DNA from: Candidatus Altiarchaeota archaeon
Lineage (GTDB): Archaea > SpSt-1190
NCBI GenBank assembly: GCA_018221005.1
Contig: JAAOXW010000015.1
Span: 1-35,940, forward strand
Direction: 5' to 3'
Length of the DNA: 35,940 nt
Below, piece by piece: positions 15,494-22,200 of this stretch. The translations under genes and the position numbers were made by a program. The stretch's first letter is position 1. Each line of letters opens with the position of its first letter. The notes below the pieces were generated by a model. The model was not told where the DNA came from, made no database searches, and worked only from the letters and a program-made list of their open reading frames with translations.

Positions 15494-16588
15494 ATGCATA
15501 AACCTACGAGTGTAGCCAAGTACCTCAAGAACCTTTCAATAAGTAAGGTTGAGGAGAAAAAGTTAAAGGAAGTTAGTGAGCTCCTTCAAAAATCCAGTAT
15601 AATAATTACCGGGGGGAAGGGAAGGTCTGGTTTTGCAGCGCAAATCGGTGCAAGAATGCTGAAAACTTCAAGGACCAATGCGTTCTTCTACAGTGATGTT
15701 GGCTTGCCTTTGGATAAGGACTTGGCCAAAAATAAGACGACTGCAATTCTAATTTCTAGTAGCGGAACTACTGAAGAGATGATTAGACTTGCGGAGGAAT
15801 TGAAAGAACTGGGTGCAAAAATAGTTTGCTTCACTTCCTACATCAACTCACCTCTAGCAAAATTGTCAGACATTAACATGTACTTGCCACAACGGGCACA
15901 AAGTGAAAAGGGCACTTATTTTGAAAGACAAGTTGTGACCACAGAAGAGCCCACCATGGGAGACCTCCCCGAAGAAAGGTCACTCTTCTTACAATACCTT
16001 CTGGCCAAAGACATACGCGGACTCAAACTCTTACCTGCAAAGGAGATTGAAGACTTTCGAAAGTGGATGATGGAAAACATAGATGATATTGTTGAGCTAA
16101 AAAATTGGCTGAAAATTTACTGGAACAGTGGAATTTTGATTGTGAGCAGGGGAACTAGCAATTCGGTTTCGGGCATGATAGCTAATAGAGCCAGCCACTA
16201 CCATATGAATTGTCGTCTGGCAACCAGCCCAACCTCAGCCCCCCTCGACCACCATGAACTCGCACTCATCGTCTCGGGCTCGGCAGACAAGGCATATGCC
16301 AGTTTGGTGCAAAAAATAAGAGAGAAAATGCGCACTAAATTGGGGAAAAAGGAAGTCTCTCCCGCAGTAGTTGCCATCACGGGAAAGGGGGCTAAGTGGG
16401 TGCGTGAGTGTGATGCCAACCTTGTTTTGGGTGGCGCAGACCCGGACGGGAGAATGTTACACACAGAAAAATCACCACAGTCGTTTTACTTTCGAGCACC
16501 AATTGTACTGAATATGATACTAAGGAGTATTGCAACGGAGAAGGGTTTGACCAAGAAATTTGCAGAGCTCCGGCACATTAATCTTTAG
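15494..16588 (+). CDS. SIS-domain sugar-phosphate isomerase-like protein (PHI-like N-terminal domain)
   Basis: IIITGGKGRSGFAAQIGARML...AILISSSGTTEEMIRLAEELKELGAKIVCFTS..SPLAKLSDINMYLP follows the SIS / 6-phospho-3-hexuloisomerase pattern. The second half looks like a degenerate SIS domain. Confidence 0.65.
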   Translation: MHKPTSVAKYLKNLSISKVEEKKLKEVSELLQKSSIIITGGKGRSGFAAQIGARMLKTSRTNAFFYSDVGLPLDKDLAKNKTTAILISSSGTTEEMIRLAEELKELGAKIVCFTSYINSPLAKLSDINMYLPQRAQSEKGTYFERQVVTTEEPTMGDLPEERSLFLQYLLAKDIRGLKLLPAKEIEDFRKWMMENIDDIVELKNWLKIYWNSGILIVSRGTSNSVSGMIANRASHYHMNCRLATSPTSAPLDHHELALIVSGSADKAYASLVQKIREKMRTKLGKKEVSPAVVAITGKGAKWVRECDANLVLGGADPDGRMLHTEKSPQSFYFRAPIVLNMILRSIATEKGLTKKFAELRHINL

Positions 16589-16626
16589 ACAAGGCATTTA
16601 AGCCAAAAAATATAGATAAAACTGAT

Positions 16627-16700
16627 GGGCCAGTAGCCTAGCCTGGAAGGGCGGCAGCCTTCTAAGCTGTAAGTCGCGGGTTCAAATCCCGCCTGGCCCG
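16627..16700 (+). tRNA. tRNA-Arg (anticodon TCT)
   Basis: Folded by hand. The acceptor stem is GGGCCAG/CTGGCCC, the D arm GCCT/GGGC, and the anticodon stem GCAGC/GCTGT. The loop CTTCTAA has U33 and anticodon TCT. The variable region is AAGTC, the T arm is GCGGG-TTCAAAT-CCCGC, and the discriminator is G. Confidence 0.85.
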
Positions 16701-16725
16701 ATCAAAAAGTATGTAAGTCTTAGCT

Positions 16726-16790
16726 GGCTATCACGAGTCTTGCGGGACGAGTGATAGCCACCGTGGCAACTCTCCCGCAGGAGAAGTTGC
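16726..16790 (+). other. two hairpins in the tRNA-Arg trailer
   Basis: In B1, GGCTATCAC (16726-16734) pairs with GTGATAGCC (16751-16759) around an imperfect GTC-ttgcgg-GAC tip. B2 is GCAACTCTCC-cgca-GGAGAAGTTGC (16766-16790), with 10 bp and a 1-nt bulge. Confidence 0.55.
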
Positions 16791-16802
16791 TTCGTTAAGG
16801 TC

Positions 16803-18746
16803 GTGCTCGCAAAAAACATAACTAAGCCCGCTACGTATCCTTCTGTGGGCAGATCTACTATACACTACATGCTTCCCGTCTACTTGATGTTCTTCTCATT
16901 TTTCTCAACAATAGTAGGTCTAAAGATATCACAAGTGTTTACTTCTCCTGAAATGTTCATAGATAGTGCGGCCCATGCTGCCGCAACTACAATTGAAAAT
17001 GTTTGTGCAGATGTTTTTGTAGAAAAAAATATTCCCTCACCCCCAGTGAGGAGTCAGTACCAAATTTCGCGTTGTGATGATGTTGCGGCGCGGACTACGG
17101 TGGGTGCGATATGGTTGGCGGCAGATGTTGCAGATCTTGCAAGTTCATTTCGTCGCGGTGGAATTGATGATTCTGCAGAAGCTACTACAACTGCCCTAAA
17201 TGTTATTGACTCGGGTGGCGACGCAACCCAAGCAATAAAAAAAGCCCTCAGTGCATCCTCAGGTGCCTCCGATGAATTAATACAAAATGGTAGAAAACTG
17301 TCTGCAAAAGGTGGTGAGGCGGGAAAAATTGGGGATGACTTGGTGGACTCGGGAGAAGAAATGAGATTAATACTTGACAGCCCTATGCTGAGTGATGATA
17401 TGAAAGTAATCGAGATGGCACAATACCATGAAAATGTAAAAGATGTCCTTAATTTACTCGAAACCCTTGAAGATGCCAATAGTGTAATGAAAGGTGTTTC
17501 ATTCACAAAATATCTTGTGCGAGATGGGGTTTATTTCTCAGGTAATATAATAAATAAGATTCGAGTGGTATCAAGAGCACCAAAAAGAGCGGTTGTGGCC
17601 ACTCGGCGTGTGGAAAGACCCATTGTTCATGCAACCCAATTCTTAATCTATAATATGGACTTCCTCCCCCTTGTAAACTTAGCACTTCCCACTCTCGAAG
17701 ACCTAAGTATGATTGTAAATGTTCTGAAAGGCCCGCACGTTGGGGTTCAGATATATCCACTAGTTGTTTCTTTGTTCAACATTAGTGATTTTGAGGCATT
17801 CAAGCCTTTCTCGGGCAGGGCTGCGAATATAAGTATAAAATACAATGAGTATGCGGCAGCCAATAGAACTGAGATGATTAGCTTACTAAAAAACCTAAGA
17901 TACTATTCCTCCGCAAACACTGTAAATTCCTTGAAGAATGAGGATATTTTTCCCCTGAGACGCGGAGACTACGTTTCCAGAGATTTAGTATACAATTTAT
18001 TTATCGACTTTGAAGAGCAAGTTGAAACCTACAAAGATAGTGGAAGTCTCTCAGTAGAGGAAGCAAATACTCTGTTGGAGGCTTCCGACGACTTACGATT
18101 TGAAATAATAAACACATCTTCTGATTTTGAAATGATTCGAGAAGAAGTAGGAAGTTGGAGTGTGAACGGTCTAACGGGTGGGCTCCTTGCACTAATGGGG
18201 AGTTTACAAGAAATAAGTGATGGACTTGAAGACATTGCAATGGAGTGGGAAACTTTTCAGAAAGAAGTAGGTCAGCATGTTGTAGGTGAGGGGGATTGTA
18301 ACGCCATAGACTTGTTATCAAGAGCCCCTGAATTGTCAGAACATTATTCCACTCTAAAGGTTGCAGACTGTGGTGTTGTTTTTGATTGTTATCCTGAAAG
18401 TCAGTGCATTGTTGGACTCCCTGTTGTTGAAGCAAACCCATGGATTCCATATTTACCCGTAGATGTACTTGATGCTAGTGAGATTGCAGAAGTTTCAACT
18501 TTAATTGGTTTTAGTTATGGGGCGGATACCAAGACCATGTCAACGGGATTCCTCAATACGTGCATGGGTAAGACTAAAGTTTTGGTATGTGCAAAAACGG
18601 GGGTCTTCAAGAGTTGTAGGGTAGTTGATTGTGGCAAGGAGTTAAACATAGAGTGGGAGTACAACCCAACCATTAAAGTTTCTAGTTCTGAAGACGGGGA
18701 CGGCAACCCAACGGTCACCGTAAAGGGTAACTTCTTAGAATGGTAA
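16803..18746 (+). CDS. large hypothetical membrane-anchored/secreted protein
   Basis: 647-aa ORF with a GTG start; ATG 16869 is an alternative. One N-terminal hydrophobic helix, LPVYLMFFSFFSTIVGLKISQVF, is followed by an Ala/Asp/Ser/Gly-rich segment. The C-terminal third contains Cys. I recognise no family. Confidence 0.6.
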   Translation: MLAKNITKPATYPSVGRSTIHYMLPVYLMFFSFFSTIVGLKISQVFTSPEMFIDSAAHAAATTIENVCADVFVEKNIPSPPVRSQYQISRCDDVAARTTVGAIWLAADVADLASSFRRGGIDDSAEATTTALNVIDSGGDATQAIKKALSASSGASDELIQNGRKLSAKGGEAGKIGDDLVDSGEEMRLILDSPMLSDDMKVIEMAQYHENVKDVLNLLETLEDANSVMKGVSFTKYLVRDGVYFSGNIINKIRVVSRAPKRAVVATRRVERPIVHATQFLIYNMDFLPLVNLALPTLEDLSMIVNVLKGPHVGVQIYPLVVSLFNISDFEAFKPFSGRAANISIKYNEYAAANRTEMISLLKNLRYYSSANTVNSLKNEDIFPLRRGDYVSRDLVYNLFIDFEEQVETYKDSGSLSVEEANTLLEASDDLRFEIINTSSDFEMIREEVGSWSVNGLTGGLLALMGSLQEISDGLEDIAMEWETFQKEVGQHVVGEGDCNAIDLLSRAPELSEHYSTLKVADCGVVFDCYPESQCIVGLPVVEANPWIPYLPVDVLDASEIAEVSTLIGFSYGADTKTMSTGFLNTCMGKTKVLVCAKTGVFKSCRVVDCGKELNIEWEYNPTIKVSSSEDGDGNPTVTVKGNFLEW

Positions 18747-18754
18747 GGCACACC

Positions 18755-19054
18755 TTACTTTGGTGAGTCGCCCATAATCTTCTTTTTCAAATCATCAGAC
18801 AATCTGTCGGGTGTCCATACAGGGTCAAATACAAGTTCAACTTCGGGCTCAAATCCGGCTTTCTTCACTTCCTTTTCCACATCCCCCGTTATTAACGAAC
18901 TGAGCGGACACATTGGTGTTGAAAGAGTCATCTTGATGTGTGCTTTCTTATCTTTCACTTTAACCTCGTATATGAATCCCAAATCGACTATGTTCACCCC
19001 TAACTCAGGGTCCAAAACTTCCTTCAATGCTTTCATTACTTTTTCTTTAGACAT
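18755..19054 (-). CDS. DUF59 (SufT/MIP18-type) Fe-S assembly-related protein
   Basis: MSKEKVMKALKEVLDPELGVNIVDLGFIYEVKV...HIKMTLSTPMCPLSS...VELVFDPVWTP matches the DUF59 pattern. AAGGAGTGA lies 5-13 nt upstream of the ATG (SD-like). The track ORF 18755-19459 is trimmed because its upstream part runs through the tRNA-Ser gene. Confidence 0.75.
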   Translation of the reverse strand: MSKEKVMKALKEVLDPELGVNIVDLGFIYEVKVKDKKAHIKMTLSTPMCPLSSLITGDVEKEVKKAGFEPEVELVFDPVWTPDRLSDDLKKKIMGDSPK

Positions 19055-19111
19055 CTTATCACTCCTTGCTTTTTGGTCGAGGTTTTTGCACCTTGCGGGG
19101 TGGAAAAAGCT

Positions 19112-19192
19112 CGCCAGGAAGGGGATTTGAACCCCTGATCCCAGAGGGACTCGCTTTCGAGGCGAGCGCCTTAACCACTCAGCCATCCTGGC
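19112..19192 (-). tRNA. tRNA-Ser (anticodon CGA)
   Basis: The reverse complement is GCCAGGATGGCTGAGTGGTTAAGGCGCTCGCCTCGAAAGCGAGTCCCTCTGGGATCAGGGGTTCAAATCCCCTTCCTGGCG. The acceptor stem is GCCAGGA/TCCTGGC and the anticodon stem is CTCGC/GCGAG. The loop CTCGAAA gives anticodon CGA. It has a 13-nt long variable arm (class II) and the T arm AGGGG-TTCAAAT-CCCCT. Confidence 0.85.
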
Positions 19193-19210
19193 AGGTGTTG
19201 TTGGGCAGGG

Positions 19211-19222
19211 TTTTTTTAAAAA
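19211..19222 (-). promoter_or_regulatory. TATA-like box for tRNA-Ser
   Basis: The reverse strand reads TTTTTAAAAAAA, centred about 24 nt upstream of the tRNA 5' end (19192). Confidence 0.5.
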
Positions 19223-19234
19223 GCTTGTTTTAGT

Positions 19235-19285
19235 CAAACCCCCGAAGGGGTTTGTTTTGATCAAACTCTCCTGCGGGAGAGCTTG
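19235..19285 (-). terminator. two stable hairpins immediately 3' of the giant gene
   Basis: On the reverse strand, CAAGCTCTCC-cgca-GGAGAGTTTG (19262-19285) starts 1 nt after the TAA. It is followed by CAAACCCC-uucg-GGGGTTTG (19235-19254), an 8-bp stem with a cUUCGg tetraloop. Whether they act in termination or in processing is not established. Confidence 0.45.
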
Positions 19286-19286
19286 T

Positions 19287-22200
19287 TTATTTGAACTGTC
19301 TGTAGTAACCCTTAAACTGCCCGCCCTGACGGTTGTAGTAACCTCGATTATATCCAGACCCATAATACCCTTGCAGGGGCATTCGGTAGGGATTGGTCTT
19401 CTTGACCTTTGAGAAAAATAACTTCCATACACTGAAACCCACACCCAAGATACCTGCAATACTCACTAAAAATTCAAAGGGTTCAAAGATAGTCCCATAA
19501 AGCTCACTCCCCTTAAACAAAGCAAGTGCATCCGCAAAGAAATTAGAAGATTTTACTACAACGGCTATTGTTCCAACATTTAAATCACCTGCTTGACTGC
19601 TACTAGCCAGAACATTAATATTATACGTTCCTTGGCTGCTGGCCTTGGCTCTTATTTCAATATCTTCAAATTCACCCGGGCTCAATTGCTTTCTCTTACT
19701 CCCCAACCAATTGGTTTCAATGCCTGCTGCAATTAAATCTAAATCTACAATCATGGGGACGTTACCTGTGTTTTCGATTGTGAAAGTCACAATCCCATAT
19801 TGACCAATTTTTATATCGTCAAAATTAACTTCGCTCACTGAAAGACTGCAAGTACAATCATTCGGGCTGTTCTCACAAGTTTCTCCCAAAACTAAATCAC
19901 ACTGTCCATTGTCTGAACAAGTATCTGCAGAACAATCAGAAAGACAAATTGAACATTCACCCTCTTCACAGACATTGTTGCCACATACATTAGCAAAGCA
20001 TCCCCGAGAATCTGATTGTGGGCTTGTGGGATTGCAAGATGCACCATAACATGAACAGTCACCACTGTTCTGGCAAGTCTCACCAATTAGAGTGCTGCAT
20101 GTGCCATCATCAATACATTGATCGAGAGTGCAGTCCTCCGTGCATGCGGAACACTCTCCAACTTGGCAAACACCATCCCCGCAACTTTCTGGAGTTTTGC
20201 AAACACTGGTTGTATCATCACAATAAAGGCCTGAACTGCATAATTCGCCACAAGCACAAACTTGTCCGCTTGCAAGTGGGGGGGAGCAGAGTCCCGCCCC
20301 AGAACAGAAGCCTGTTGGGCAAGTAGTTCCACACGCCAAATTAGCTTGGGCGCATTGTCCACCATCGCATACACCTTGGGTACAGTCATTGCTTGCAACA
20401 CAATCATCATCACTCATGCACGTTCCACTAAAAATTCCTGCGGAGGTACACATCAAACCCTCCACGTCCTCACCAAAATTATAATCAAGTCCACACTTCT
20501 TACAAACTCCTTCAGAGCAGGCACCGGACATGATATCGCAAAAGGTTTCACTCTCGATTGCCCACCCATTGTCAGTGCAGTAATAGACTTGACCTGCAAC
20601 GGTCATTGATTGACATAGATTGTCTGTAGTACACTCCACCCAAGTGCCTTGTGAACAAATAGTTCCTTCTTGAAGACCAGAATCAAAACATCCCGCATCC
20701 CAGCATTGTCCATAGTTACAGCAACCACTCGACTCCGCAGGGCCTTGAACGAGGGTGCTTCCAACAAAGAGGGAATTGTCCTGCCAGTTGTCTTGGTGGC
20801 AGTAGTAAGTAGTTGCCCCAATATCTAAAGAATCACAAGCGATTGTGCACATTTGTGCTCCGCCGTCTGCACAAGCATAAGTGCCATTAATTTCAAATTC
20901 GTCCTCTGCGTTATTTCCACAGCAGGTTGTGAGGTCAGTTTCACCTACCCAGTCCTTGCCACAGACTTCTTCACACATAGTTCTTGAGGTATCCCCTTGG
21001 GCTGCACACTCCTCATCTTCCCAAACTTCACCGTTGCAGATGAATTTGGTATCATCTCCATTTATGTTAAGGACTAAGTAGGTGTCCGGTGTTGTGCAAA
21101 CGTTCCAAATAGCGTCATCACTCAAGTATTCATTGAAGTATGTGCCTTTATTGCCGGTGGCAGAGTACCAGATATTATTGTGGCATAGTTCATTTCCATC
21201 CAAACCTTCATTAGCAGAGTAACAGCAAGCACCGTTCCAATCGTATGCTTCGGCTTCGCAAGCACCCTGACAACTGTCTATGGAGAGGGTTTGGGGTGTC
21301 CAGATGGAGCTGAGGCAGTAGTAGGTTTCGGCTTCAACATTTATGGTTGATGAACAGGAAGTTCCTGAACAGGTTTTTGGTACTCCATTCTCACAGGCAG
21401 CTCCTGTGGGCTCGCCATTAAGATAGGGAGTAATGTCATCTCCGGTTTCACAGCAGCCATTGTTTATCCATGACTTACTGCAACCAGTGCAATAATCCTC
21501 CCCAGAATCCAAACTGTGGGGCTCCCAGACCAACTTGCCACGTGTAAGATAAGTGACACATTTAGATGTGTTGTAGTTGTTCCCATTGAAGCAGCTCTGA
21601 TAAGAAGAAGTAGAATGTGTAGCTGAAACTTTGGTTTCGCCAGATAAGTAATATTCTGTAAGTTGCGTTGGTGAAACGCAAGTATCCTTGAATTCTATTT
21701 CGGAATCACAAACACCAGCGGTGCATTTCCCAGATGCTTCAATAACCTTGCCCGCCCTAAAGGGTTGATTTCCAATGTCTCCCACTTCTGAGGAACTTGA
21801 GCATGTCACCTCGTTCGCAGTATCCCACTGAGATCTTCCATATGTTGTGCTATACACACATTGAGTTTTTTCGCCGTTGCCATGGCAGCCCCAACTTCCT
21901 TTGTAATGGGTGCTGACACCATCTGGACAATAGTTGGGATCTGAGCAGACATAATTATTGTAATTCAGTTCAGCCACACATTTTTCACTGTAGCAATTTA
22001 AGTCTTGAGTGCAATCCTCTCCGTTTTTCAAAAGCCACTCACCGCAAGTTACAGAATCTCCAATCTTACAAACGTAAGTTATGCCGCTGACCGTGACGTC
22101 ATCATTGCCATCGTAGCACAGGTCCCCATAAACACAAGCCGATGTTTTGCCTTGAAGCTCACAATACTCAGAGTCGGAACTACAACCAGGAATTCCATCA

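Noticed and set aside
15024-16588. An integrated mobile element downstream of tRNA-Gly.
   Set aside because: An att-like duplicate exists, but it brackets only 76 bp. No integrase, transposase, terminal inverted repeats or phage/plasmid genes are recognisable in the following genes. I report it only as an att-like scar.
16659-16665. A possible CTA (amber-suppressor) anticodon in the tRNA at 16627-16700, when the anticodon loop is read one register off.
   Set aside because: With the 5-bp stem GCAGC/GCTGT, the 7-nt loop is CTTCTAA, with U33 at 16660 and anticodon TCT. This is an ordinary tRNA-Arg.
19055-19459. The upstream 135 codons of track ORF 18755-19459 (234 aa).
   Set aside because: This part reads straight through the tRNA-Ser gene, its promoter and the giant gene's 3' end. 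Only the last 99 codons (DUF59, ATG at 19054 with an SD-like sequence) look like a real protein.
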